DNA of 64,000 bases. Origin: Clostridia bacterium. GTDB taxonomy: Bacteria > Bacillota > Clostridia > Christensenellales > QALW01. The position numbers and the translations under genes were made by a program. Positions 9,244 to 17,397 of the stretch are shown one piece after another. The notes below the pieces were generated by a model. The model made no database searches. It was not told where the DNA came from and worked only from the letters and a program-made list of their open reading frames with translations. The stretch lies in contig JAFVVO010000012.1 in NCBI GenBank assembly GCA_017502165.1, positions 6,174 to 70,173 of the forward strand, read 5' to 3'. The first letter of the stretch is position 1. Each line of letters opens with the position of its first letter.

Positions 9244-10146
9244 TTAATGATGGTGGTGGTGATGGTGATGATGTCCGCTGTTTATATCGCTAATGGGACG
9301 CCTGCACTCATGCTCTCCGCAAGCCTCCCCAACCTGCTCAATTTCAATAGTCACGTGGGATATCCCGTGCTCTGAAAGCTCTTGTCGCATCAGCCTCTTA
9401 ATTTCTTTAGTATCCCCGTCAACAACTGCGTGGAGCGTTGCATAGGTGTTACTTCCGTCCCAGCTCCAAAGATGCACGTGGTGAACCTCTTTAACGCCCT
9501 CAAGCTCTGAAATATGCTCCTTTATTTCTTTAACGCTGAGGTTTTCAGGCGTTTTTGCAAGGAACAACGAGCCTATTTCCTTAAAATTCTTCAGCGCGTT
9601 AATCAGAATAAACAAAGCAACGCCAATAGACATAAGCGGATCAATAATTTTTATATCCGTAAAATACATAATTACCGCACCAACGAGCACAACCGCATAA
9701 CCGAGAGCGTCCTCCAGCATATGCAAATTTACCGCCCGTTGATTTAGTGAATTTTTCTCTCTCGTAAAGAAAGCCGCCAAGAAATTAACAATGACGCCTA
9801 TAATCGCAAAAATAAGCATTCCCTGATAATTGATAGACTTCGGATGAATAATTCTGTCAATACCGCTTAAAATTACGAATACCGAGCCCACAACAAGCAC
9901 CGTAGTTGTAATCAGTCCGCCTAAAACCGAATATCTGCCGTATCCGTAGGTATACCGTTCGTCAGGCTCCCTCTCGCTTTTTTTCTCGCAAAAATAGGAA
10001 ATTCCTATGCTTACGGCATCGGCAAAATCGTGGAAAGCGTCGGCAAAAATCGCCACACTTCCCGTAAATACACCGCCTAAAAGCTCAAAAACCGAAAACC
10101 CTAAATTAAGCAAAAATGCAATTAAAATATTTCTTTTCGTACTCAT
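9244..10146 (-). CDS. cation diffusion facilitator (Zn/Co/Cd efflux) with a C-terminal His9 tail
   Basis: 300 aa from ATG 10146. It has a six-TM CDF core (FADAFHDFADAVSI, HMLEDALGY), a C-terminal cytoplasmic domain and the tail SGHHHHHHHHH. Confidence 0.85.
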   Translation of the reverse strand: MSTKRNILIAFLLNLGFSVFELLGGVFTGSVAIFADAFHDFADAVSIGISYFCEKKSEREPDERYTYGYGRYSVLGGLITTTVLVVGSVFVILSGIDRIIHPKSINYQGMLIFAIIGVIVNFLAAFFTREKNSLNQRAVNLHMLEDALGYAVVLVGAVIMYFTDIKIIDPLMSIGVALFILINALKNFKEIGSLFLAKTPENLSVKEIKEHISELEGVKEVHHVHLWSWDGSNTYATLHAVVDGDTKEIKRLMRQELSEHGISHVTIEIEQVGEACGEHECRRPISDINSGHHHHHHHHH

Positions 10147-10189
10147 ATTACACCTTGACACTCTCTCAAATTTGCTATACAATATATTT

Positions 10190-10214
10190 GTTACCGAACT
10201 ATTTGTTCGATAAC
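10190..10214. promoter_or_regulatory. candidate TetR operator in the divergent CDF/TetR intergenic region
   Basis: Inverted repeat GTTACCGAAC-N5-GTTCGATAAC with 9 of 10 arm positions complementary. Confidence 0.4.
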
Positions 10215-10303
10215 ATAATATTATTTTTCCTGATTTTTCGCAACACACAATAATCAGAAAATGTTTGCTACCATACTTTTTTGTAAATTTGTTCGGAGGT
10301 TTT

Positions 10304-10858
10304 ATGGATAGACGTCAACGAAAATCACGAGAAGCCATTTTAGGTGCTTTTACCAATCTATTAGGAGAAAAGAATTTTAACCAAATCACCGTTGAAGAAA
10401 TCATATCACGTGCCGACGTAGGCAGAGCCACCTTTTATGCTCATTTTGAAACGAAAGATTTTCTTCTTAAAGAACTGTGCCGAGAACTGTTTTGCCATAT
10501 TTTTGATTCCGTAAGCGGAGAGCACGGGCATCATCACATTTTCTCCTGCGACGCGCCCGACTCAATCTTTATTCACCTTTTTCAGCATCTGAAGCACAAC
10601 GACAATCAGATTACACAACTGCTCTGCAGTCAGAATAACCAGCTTTTTATGTCCTATTTCAAGCAAGAGCTTCTTTCTCTGTTTGAAAATCAATTTTCCG
10701 TCTTCTACCCCACCGAGCCAAAAATAGAGAAGTCCTTTCTCGTAAATCACCTTGCGTCAACCTTTGTGGAAACGGTTTCCTGGTGGAGCAAAAACGGAAT
10801 GCTTCTTTCTGTTGAAGAAATAAACAAATATTTTATTTTTGCCGTCAAAGGCGAATAG
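10304..10858 (+). CDS. TetR/AcrR family transcriptional regulator
   Basis: 184 aa from ATG 10304 (GGAGG RBS) with an N-terminal TetR HTH (FNQITVEEIISRADVGRATFYAHFETKDFL). Confidence 0.8.
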   Translation: MDRRQRKSREAILGAFTNLLGEKNFNQITVEEIISRADVGRATFYAHFETKDFLLKELCRELFCHIFDSVSGEHGHHHIFSCDAPDSIFIHLFQHLKHNDNQITQLLCSQNNQLFMSYFKQELLSLFENQFSVFYPTEPKIEKSFLVNHLASTFVETVSWWSKNGMLLSVEEINKYFIFAVKGE

Positions 10859-10876
10859 CTTTACAAATTACAAAAA

Positions 10877-10912
10877 AATCCCCCTTTGCATTTATTTTGC
10901 ATCAGGGGGATT
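10877..10912. terminator. bidirectional terminator hairpin
   Basis: Stem AATCCCCCT ... AGGGGGATT, flanked by A-runs and T-runs, between convergent genes. Confidence 0.55.
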
Positions 10913-10957
10913 TTATTTTAGCATCTGTTTTCAGTACACAGTCACAATTTTGGTGCT

Positions 10958-11818
10958 TTAATACCAATTTATATTTGTCGAAGTTGCACTTGCAGGAACT
11001 GATTCAACCTTTTCAAATGAATAATATAACAGTCTGAAGCCCGAATTCTTTTCTTCGGCATTATATTTTACTCTTGCCTTCCAGAACGAGAAATCATAAA
11101 AGCCTGCAGAATCGGGATTTGAATCCCAAGCGCCGTACTTAATATAGATAATATATTCGTCGTTTCCTAAGGTTTCGTATGCGTTAACGTAGGTGTTGTG
11201 CACAGAGTTTGAATAGAACTCGCCCGACAAAATATACGAATCCGTTGCCGCATCATAATGCTTGCTTGCCTTTAACGTGTTTATCATTTTATCGTCCATT
11301 ACAAAGCACTTTCTTGCGTAAGCGTAGAATTCTTCAGCAGGCATCTTTGCACCCCAATCATAGCCTTCTTTAGCGTTAATATCCGTCAAAAAGAAAGGAA
11401 TAATCTGATCGGGAGTAAGCTCGGAAGTATTCTGATAATTGGTTACAAGATACTGGCTTAAATATGATACATCATTTAGCGTTTCCCCAATGGGACGTGG
11501 TGCAGGTGTGGGCTTAGCAGTTGCCGTGGGCTTTGCAGTTGCCGTGGGCTTAGCCGTAGGTGTTGCAGCAGCGTCAGGCGTTGCGTTTGCATCAGGCGTA
11601 GCGGTAGGTGTTGCGTTTGCGCCTCCATCTGCCGTAGCATCAGGCGTAGGATTTTCTGTGCCCTGCTCATTTTCGGGAGTGCTTGTGGCAGAATTACCGT
11701 CAACAATAGGCGTTCCATCAGGTGTAGGCGTTGCATCACCGCTTGCATCTTCACTTCCGCAAGCAACGAATGCAAAAGCCAACATTACCGCCAATAAAAT
11801 AGCTAAAAACCTTTTCAT
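10958..11818 (-). CDS. lipoprotein with a T/P/A-rich repeat linker
   Basis: 286 aa with the lipobox LAFAFVACGS, the low-complexity repeat (KPTATA)x3 and a C-terminal globular domain of no recognised family. Confidence 0.6.
   Translation of the reverse strand: MKRFLAILLAVMLAFAFVACGSEDASGDATPTPDGTPIVDGNSATSTPENEQGTENPTPDATADGGANATPTATPDANATPDAAATPTAKPTATAKPTATAKPTPAPRPIGETLNDVSYLSQYLVTNYQNTSELTPDQIIPFFLTDINAKEGYDWGAKMPAEEFYAYARKCFVMDDKMINTLKASKHYDAATDSYILSGEFYSNSVHNTYVNAYETLGNDEYIIYIKYGAWDSNPDSAGFYDFSFWKARVKYNAEEKNSGFRLLYYSFEKVESVPASATSTNINWY
11508..11561. repeat. 3 x 18-bp tandem repeat inside the lipoprotein gene
   Basis: GTGGGCTTAGCAGTTGCC / GTGGGCTTTGCAGTTGCC / GTGGGCTTAGCCGTAGGT. These encode KPTATA repeats on the minus strand. 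Confidence 0.8.
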
Positions 11819-11921
11819 TATTTTTCTCCTTTGTTCATTTGGAATTACTAACCTATTGTATCACAAATCCCAAATTCTGAAAAGTATAAAAAGATGCTCC
11901 GCTTTTGCAGAGCATCTGTTG

Positions 11922-12902
11922 TTAATTTAATACTTCAATTATTATGTCACCAGTGTCGGTAATTACAACGCAGTTTCCTCCTATCTGCCAGCTATCCGGC
12001 AGAACAATCTTTCCCGTATTCGTTTTGGTCGAAAAGATTTTATCCACCAACAAACTGCAAGAAACGTCACCGGTAGTTGTTTGAATAAGAATATCTTCGT
12101 TAGCATCACTGGAAACAAGGGTAACGTCACCGGTGCTTCTTTTTATTGTAATGTCATCGTAAGCAATTACGGAATTCAACGTAATATCCCCGGTTGAGCC
12201 TTCAGAAACAAGTTTTTCACATTTAACGTTTGATAATATATTTTCTCCCGTTGACGTAGATAACGTTATTTTACGCTCGCAAACAACGTCATTCATCATT
12301 ATTTTACCGGTAGAGGTACGCAAATCAATATCAATAGCAGATACATTTTCTACCGTGATATCTCCTGTGCTCGTCGTAAATATCAATTCTTCTCCGAAAG
12401 CATAATTTTTAACGTTTCCCGTATCAGTCATTATTTCAATATAATTGAACTTCAAATCAGCAGGAATAGTAATATCACCCGTATTCGTCTTTATTGCAAC
12501 ATCAAAATACTCGTTTTGAGGAATATATACCGTAATTTTTGTTTGTTGACATAAAAAGCCTATATGCTCGTACCAATTCCTTTCATCATTAAAGCGTATA
12601 TCAAGAGTATTTCCCGTGTCATTTCCCCTTACGTTTACATCGTATTTTACTTTTTCATTGTCGAAGCAAACAACCTTAGTTGCATCTGAATCCGTCAAAA
12701 TCAGTTCCACATCAGACATATCTGCTTCTATCATAATATGTTTATAGTCTTTGTTGATTTCATATTCATTCGTTTCATATTTTGCTGTTGATAATTCAGA
12801 AAAATCCCAGTTAAGCTTCATCATAGCAAAGCTGAAAACCGCGCAACCGAGCAAAATAAGAGAAAACGATACAATAAGTGCTACTTTTAAATTTTTCTTC
12901 AT
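11922..12902 (-). CDS. DUF4097-type putative adhesin / beta-helix membrane-anchored protein
   Basis: 326 aa with an N-terminal TM and many reiterated (S/T)TGDI(T/S) motifs. Confidence 0.65.
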   Translation of the reverse strand: MKKNLKVALIVSFSLILLGCAVFSFAMMKLNWDFSELSTAKYETNEYEINKDYKHIMIEADMSDVELILTDSDATKVVCFDNEKVKYDVNVRGNDTGNTLDIRFNDERNWYEHIGFLCQQTKITVYIPQNEYFDVAIKTNTGDITIPADLKFNYIEIMTDTGNVKNYAFGEELIFTTSTGDITVENVSAIDIDLRTSTGKIMMNDVVCERKITLSTSTGENILSNVKCEKLVSEGSTGDITLNSVIAYDDITIKRSTGDVTLVSSDANEDILIQTTTGDVSCSLLVDKIFSTKTNTGKIVLPDSWQIGGNCVVITDTGDIIIEVLN

Positions 12903-13501
12903 TACGCTTCCTCCTTTTTAGTTAAACGGTTCTTAATAAAAAATACTATTTTCTTCGTTAAGATTACTACTCCGTCTGTTGCGGCTTTGCAACCTAAGAA
13001 TAACAATATAGACAAGCCTGCACAGACAATTCCTATGCCTAACAGTGCAATTCCTGCCATTTTATTAGGGGTAAACACAATACCCGCGCCTGCAACAATG
13101 CCGCTAAGGGCGCAACTTACAACGGAAGCAAAAACTGCCCACAAGGAAATAATAATGGACCACAAAGAAACGTAAAGAGCAAGAATTACCGCAAAAAACG
13201 CAATCGTCAAAGGTATCCATAAAGGTGCGCCTGCTATAAGCAACACAATTTCCCAAGTTTTTAAGCGTCTTTTTGTCTTTATTTTTTCTATAGCAATTTT
13301 CGTAAGGGGAATATCCTTAATAATATGTTTGGCTATCTCATCAACAGTCCCAACTGCCGCAACGGCTTCTTCTTCCGAAAGCCCGTCTTCAATACGGTCT
13401 TCAATCATTTCCGCATAAAAATTAAGTCTTTCCTCGACCTCCTGCTTAGGCAAATCGGAAAGCTTATCATTTAACGCCAAAATAAAATTAAGCTTTGTCA
13501 T
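12902..13501 (-). CDS. DUF1700 membrane protein
   Basis: 199 aa. An N-terminal cytoplasmic DUF1700-like helix bundle (LNDKLSDLPKQEVEERLNFYAEMIED) is followed by several TM helices. It overlaps both neighbours (1 nt and 4 nt). Confidence 0.65.
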   Translation of the reverse strand: MTKLNFILALNDKLSDLPKQEVEERLNFYAEMIEDRIEDGLSEEEAVAAVGTVDEIAKHIIKDIPLTKIAIEKIKTKRRLKTWEIVLLIAGAPLWIPLTIAFFAVILALYVSLWSIIISLWAVFASVVSCALSGIVAGAGIVFTPNKMAGIALLGIGIVCAGLSILLFLGCKAATDGVVILTKKIVFFIKNRLTKKEEA

Positions 13502-13812
13502 TCTTCATCCTCCTTGGTAACAAATCGGTATATGGACATAATCTCTTTCCATTCATTCTTAAACTCTTCAATACGCTTAATGCCCCGGTCGGTTATTCGG
13601 TAATACTTCCGAAGCCTTCCCCCATGCTCAACAGTTCGAACAGTAAGCATATTTGCAATTTCTAACCGCTTAAGAATCGTATACAAAGTAGATTCAGAAA
13701 GCTCGATATAGGGCTTCATATCCTTTATAATCTTATATCCGTAAGAATCTTCATTCTTAATTGCCGCCAACACGCAAACGTCTAACAGTCCACGTTTTAA
13801 CTGAATATCCAT
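13498..13812 (-). CDS. PadR family transcriptional regulator
   Basis: 104 aa with a winged-helix PadR signature (DVCVLAAIKNEDSYGYKIIKDM ... TLYTILKRLE). Confidence 0.85.
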   Translation of the reverse strand: MDIQLKRGLLDVCVLAAIKNEDSYGYKIIKDMKPYIELSESTLYTILKRLEIANMLTVRTVEHGGRLRKYYRITDRGIKRIEEFKNEWKEIMSIYRFVTKEDEE

Positions 13813-13828
13813 ACAATACCTCCCTTTG

Positions 13829-13865
13829 CGTGATACATCATATCACGAAGTATTGTATTTGTCAA
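13829..13865 (-). promoter_or_regulatory. sigma-A promoter of the PadR operon with an overlapping palindromic operator
   Basis: On the minus strand TTGACA (13860-13865), 17 nt, TATGAT (13837-13842). The palindrome CGTGATA-N5-TATCACG (13829-13847) overlaps the -10. Confidence 0.55.
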
Positions 13866-13944
13866 TAGTGAAAACAAAAAAATTCTTCAAAACACAAGAA
13901 ATTTATGATATAATTATTGCGTAGAAGAAAAAAGCAGGTTAAAT

Positions 13945-14447
13945 ATGAAGAAAATTATTGTTATCGGTTGCCCCGGAAGCGGCAAAAGCACCTTTGCTAA
14001 AAACTAAATAAAATCACAGGTATAGAGTTGTTTCATCTCGATTTGTTATTCTGGAACTCAGACAAAACCACCGTCGAAAAATCTGTTTTTCTTGAAAGAC
14101 TATCGAATGCACTACAAAAAAGTCAATGGATTATTGACGGTAATTACGCTTCAACCTTAGAAATGCGCCTGCAAGCCTGCGATACCGTTATTTTTTTAGA
14201 TTACGACACGCAAACCTGCCTGCAGGGAATCGTCGCCCGCCGAGGAAAACCGCGAAGTGATATGCCCTGGACTGAAACTGAACCCGACGAAGAATTTATT
14301 TCTTTTATTAAAAATTACAACAACCAAACCCGTCCCAAAGTAATTGAATTATTAGAGAAGTATTCCGATAAAAATATTTTTGTTTTTACCTCCCGAAAAG
14401 AAGAAAACGAATTTTTACTGCAAATAGATAAGAAAAAACACGGCTGA
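13945..14447 (+). pseudogene. frameshifted P-loop NTPase (adenylate-kinase-like / topology-modulation FlaR-like)
   Basis: MKKIIVIGCPGSGKSTFAKN* stops at 14005. One extra A in the A5 run 13999-14003 would give ...AKKLNKITGIELFHLDLLFW..., joining the 14028..14447 ORF. Confidence 0.7.
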
Positions 14448-14456
14448 CCGCCGTGT
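14438..14456 (+). terminator. terminator of the P-loop (pseudo)gene
   Basis: ACACGGC-TGACC-GCCGTGT followed by TTTTTG. The stop codon lies in the loop. Confidence 0.6.
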
Positions 14457-14460
14457 TTTT

Positions 14461-14745
14461 GTTGTCAAAAGTGTCGTCAAAATTAAAACCTTTTTCATAT
14501 CAAGCATACAAAAAGCGGCTTGAAATCTTGTGTTTCAAGCCACTTAAATGATGCATTATATCTTTCCCACTTTTTTCGTGATTCTTTTTTAACTTATTTA
14601 TACCCTAAACAGTATCCCAAACAGTTATTTTGAACCCTCTTTTCTGCTCAATTTTTCATTTATCAATTTTTTTGTTGCAGAAAGTGTTGCAAAATCGGTT
14701 GTGGGATGGTGCCGAGTACCTGTGAAGTTGTTATAAAAAACCGCA
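14461..14745 (-). repeat. inter-cassette repeat copy A (most diverged)
   Basis: Aligns by eye with copy B over ~285 bp: GTTGTCAAAAGTGTCGTCAA motif, hairpin 14517-14541, a relic ...TTTCCCACTTTTTTCG..., and the R2 segment. 14628-14727 versus 17421-17520 is 77/100 identical and ungapped (hand count). Confidence 0.6.
14517..14541 (-). terminator. terminator hairpin within repeat A (probable end of the ABC/LytTR operon transcript)
   Basis: GGCTTGAAA-N7-TTTCAAGCC, followed on the minus strand by GCTTTTTGT. Confidence 0.5.
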
Positions 14746-14760
14746 GGTTTATATACCGTA

Positions 14761-15216
14761 TTACCCGTTTGATAAATCTTCTTTTATGCTTTGTTGCTTT
14801 TGTTTTAGCATTTTATTGAGCTTCGCCGTATTCCTTTTGATTATGGAATATATGATTGCCCAAATCACTATATAACCCACAACAAAAATTGCCGAGAACA
14901 CCACGATCGGCAATACACCGAAATCCAACCAATCGTTAAGCAGATAGGTTCCGAGGTAGATGATATATAAAACGCCGCCGTGAACCAGAATTGCCAACAT
15001 CAAGGGCAAGCGTTCGATTTGATAAATGGCATTCATGCCGCCCGAAACAAACGCAAGTGCGGACAGCGAAAATATACCGATACATACTTGATTGACTGTC
15101 AAGGCATCTATGACGGCAGACTGCTTCAAAATCAGATACACTATTGCCAAAACAATCGGGCCAATACCGGAAGCAATCAAGCCACGGCGCAAAAATTCCA
15201 AAACAAACTTTTTCAT
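14761..15216 (-). CDS. DUF3021-type membrane protein (putative membrane partner/inhibitor of the LytTR regulator)
   Basis: 151 aa from ATG 15216, which overlaps the LytTR stop as ATGA. It has four TM helices. Confidence 0.7.
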   Translation of the reverse strand: MKKFVLEFLRRGLIASGIGPIVLAIVYLILKQSAVIDALTVNQVCIGIFSLSALAFVSGGMNAIYQIERLPLMLAILVHGGVLYIIYLGTYLLNDWLDFGVLPIVVFSAIFVVGYIVIWAIIYSIIKRNTAKLNKMLKQKQQSIKEDLSNG

Positions 15217-15656
15217 ATTCCTTCGTACCTCCTTCTGATTTCCGCAAAGCAACGTCTTGAAACGTATTCTTTATACCCGCAATAAAACACGGCATCTACA
15301 CCTCCGCTGAAAACCGCATCAAATCTCTGAATACGGTGTTCATTGGCAAGTGTTGATTTGTTGATACGAATGAAATAAGAAGGTAAAACCTCCTCCAAAT
15401 CTCGAAGTCTATCTTGAATACGGTAGCGACTGCCTTTGGTATCAATAGCAATCACTTTTCTGTCAATGATGGTAATACATTCGATTTCCGAAAACTTCAG
15501 CTTCCGCATCTCATCATCTTTGTATCCCATAATACTGTCCGCACCGGAATATCCGCAGACGAGATCTTCTATCCGCTGTGTCAAAGAGGAGGGCGCATGA
15601 ACGATTGCTATGATTTCCTCGTCTGCGTTTTTGTCGATAATAATTTTGTATTTCAT
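15213..15656 (-). CDS. stand-alone LytTR-domain DNA-binding protein (no receiver domain)
   Basis: 147 aa with a LytTR fold signature (IECITIIDRKVIAIDTKGSRYRIQDRLRDLEEVLPSYFIRINKSTLAN). Confidence 0.8.
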   Translation of the reverse strand: MKYKIIIDKNADEEIIAIVHAPSSLTQRIEDLVCGYSGADSIMGYKDDEMRKLKFSEIECITIIDRKVIAIDTKGSRYRIQDRLRDLEEVLPSYFIRINKSTLANEHRIQRFDAVFSGGVDAVFYCGYKEYVSRRCFAEIRRRYEGI

Positions 15657-15668
15657 CGCCAGGGCTCC

Positions 15669-16400
15669 TTACTGTTTTTTCATTTGCCTGAGGAAACAGA
15701 ACACGGCCGCCGCCGTTATCAGTACACTATACAGAATAATCGGCAGGATATGTGAAACTGCGCCCTCAAAATTTCCGTTAAATAACGCTTTTTCCAGTTC
15801 TGCTGCGTGAACAAACGGAAGCGCATTTGCTATTTTCTTGAAAGTGCCTCCCACAAGATTCAAATCAAACCAAACACCGGAAAACCATGCGGAAAGATTG
15901 GTAAGCAGTGCTCCGCAAATACCGCCAACCTGTTTCACTCCCAAAATACTGCCACACAAAAGTCCGAGTGCAATATTAAAAATTGCCATTGGGACAATGC
16001 CAATAATTGCATAAATAATGTTTATGCTAATCTCCAATCCCAAGGGAATCGCAAAGAAATAGCAAATCACGGTCTGCCCGATTGCGATGGGCAGAATCGG
16101 GAGCATATAGCCCATAATGAAATCAAATCCCGTAAGGGGTGTTGTGTACAATCTCTGCAAAAGGGCGCTTTCTCGGTCTTTGGCGATCAGAGTTGCTGAA
16201 AAAAGTGTCATAAACGACAATCCGAATACGGTAATACCCGGAGTAAGTGTGTTAATCTCAAACAAGTTCACCGGAATATTCGCTTGAATAGCGCTTAAAA
16301 GCACCAATAAGACCAAGGGGAATCCCAGACCGAAGCCGAGGTTGAGCGGATCTCGCAAAATCTCTTTGGCGCATCTTGCGGCAAAAGTCATCATTCTCAT
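15669..16400 (-). CDS. ABC-2 type transporter permease
   Basis: 243 aa with six TM helices and an ABC-2 family layout. Its start overlaps the ATPase stop by 1 nt. Confidence 0.8.
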   Translation of the reverse strand: MRMMTFAARCAKEILRDPLNLGFGLGFPLVLLVLLSAIQANIPVNLFEINTLTPGITVFGLSFMTLFSATLIAKDRESALLQRLYTTPLTGFDFIMGYMLPILPIAIGQTVICYFFAIPLGLEISINIIYAIIGIVPMAIFNIALGLLCGSILGVKQVGGICGALLTNLSAWFSGVWFDLNLVGGTFKKIANALPFVHAAELEKALFNGNFEGAVSHILPIILYSVLITAAAVFCFLRQMKKQ

Positions 16401-17125
16401 TACGCACCCTCCTTTACAATAGAAACGAAGGCTGTTTCAAAATCGTTTGTTCCAACCGCTGCGTTTAATTCTTCTACTGTTCCAACTGCAAGAAGTCTAC
16501 CGCTTTTCATAATGCCGATGCGGTCAGAGAGCGCTTCTGCTTCTTCCATATAATGCGTAGTCAGAATGATTGTGATCTTGCCTTTCAAAGAGCGAATCAC
16601 TTCCCAAAGATCGTGCCTTGCAAGGACATCCAAGCCCAGAGTTGGCTCGTCTAAAAAGAGAATTTTAGGTTCGCTGATCAGTGCCATAGCAATGCTGACA
16701 CGCCGCTTAAAGCCGCCGGATAATTTACCTGCTTTCCTCAAAAGAACACTGTCCAGAGAAAACTGCTTGGACAGTTCCTGTATCTTTGCTTTTGTTTTTT
16801 CTTTTGAAAAACCGTGGATACCACAGATTAACTCTAAATTTTCTTTTACGGAAAGGTTAGGTGCAATGGCGGTTTCTTGCGGAGATACGCCAATCAGCCG
16901 CTTTACTTGTTCGGGTTCCTTTGTAATGCTGTATCCGCCTACAATAGCATCTCCACTCGTAGGTTTTGTCAGGCAGGAAAGCATTTTAATAGCCGTAGTC
17001 TTTCCGGCACCGTTTACTCCAAGCAGAGAAAACAATTCACCTTGCTGAATTTCTAAACCCAGCTTGTCTACAGCAGTCAGATTCTTATACTGCTTGACAA
17101 GCTGGGTAGTCTTTATTTCTTGCAT
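16400..17125 (-). CDS. ABC transporter ATP-binding protein (DrrA/CcmA-like)
   Basis: Walker A GVNGAGKTT, signature LSGGFKRR, Walker B ILFLDEPT. I prefer ATG 17125 because it lies 9 nt after GGAGG, whereas ATG 17134 abuts the RBS. Confidence 0.9.
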   Translation of the reverse strand: MQEIKTTQLVKQYKNLTAVDKLGLEIQQGELFSLLGVNGAGKTTAIKMLSCLTKPTSGDAIVGGYSITKEPEQVKRLIGVSPQETAIAPNLSVKENLELICGIHGFSKEKTKAKIQELSKQFSLDSVLLRKAGKLSGGFKRRVSIAMALISEPKILFLDEPTLGLDVLARHDLWEVIRSLKGKITIILTTHYMEEAEALSDRIGIMKSGRLLAVGTVEELNAAVGTNDFETAFVSIVKEGA

Positions 17126-17191
17126 AAATGTCATCCTCCTTTTTCACTTGCTATATCATAATAGCATATAAAAAAGAAGAAATGTTGTTTT

Positions 17192-17219
17192 TTGTCTCTT
17201 CGGTCGCTTTTAGTGTCTC
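17192..17219 (-). promoter_or_regulatory. candidate LytTR box: direct repeats GAGACA(C/A) with a 21-bp period upstream of the ABC operon
   Basis: On the minus strand GAGACAC (17213-17219) and GAGACAA (17192-17198), with starts 21 nt apart. They lie ~30 nt upstream of an extended -10, TGCTATTAT (17158-17166). Confidence 0.3.
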
Positions 17220-17298
17220 ATCGGCAACTATCTTTTTGCAAATTTAACATTGCGCGTTGCAAAAGTGTTGCAGAAGCATTTTCCTAAATTGCATAAAT

Positions 17299-17333
17299 GC
17301 CCGAAAGCCCTATGTTTCCACGGGTTTTCGGGC
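17299..17333 (-). terminator. duplicate of the guaA terminator hairpin inside repeat B
   Basis: GCCCGAAAGCCC...GGGTTTTCGGGC, followed on the minus strand by ATTTATGCAATTT. It lies ~190 nt downstream of the GNAT-fusion stop. Confidence 0.6.
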
Positions 17334-17352
17334 ACTTGTTAGCCAGTTAGGA

Positions 17353-17397
17353 TTATTCCCACTCTTTTTCGGGAATCTTCTTTGGCGTATTTATGCC
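17353..17397 (-). pseudogene. fossil of the GMP synthase C-terminal codons
   Basis: The minus-strand frame reads GINTPKKIPEKEWE* and is preceded by an in-frame TAG. Compare the live GuaA end EGINRVLLDLTPKPVGTIEWE*. Confidence 0.6.

Noticed and set aside
9244-9273. A C-terminal run of nine histidines looks like an engineered His-tag or a cloning-vector artefact.
   Set aside because: The codons mix CAT and CAC, no vector-like flanks are present, and native CDF transporters commonly carry His-rich cytoplasmic tails. It is consistent with a natural metal-binding tail.
14936-15295. A 119-aa minus-strand ORF overlaps the DUF3021/LytTR junction in another frame.
   Set aside because: It is out of frame with two genes that have recognisable folds and an ATGA coupling. 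Its product is Cys/Arg-rich with no motifs.
17256-17273. CTGCAAC-N4-TTGCA resembles a sigma-54 -24/-12 promoter (TGGCAC-N5-TTGCA).
   Set aside because: The invariant GG of the -24 element is TG in every copy. The motif also occurs at cassette 3' ends, where no promoter is expected.
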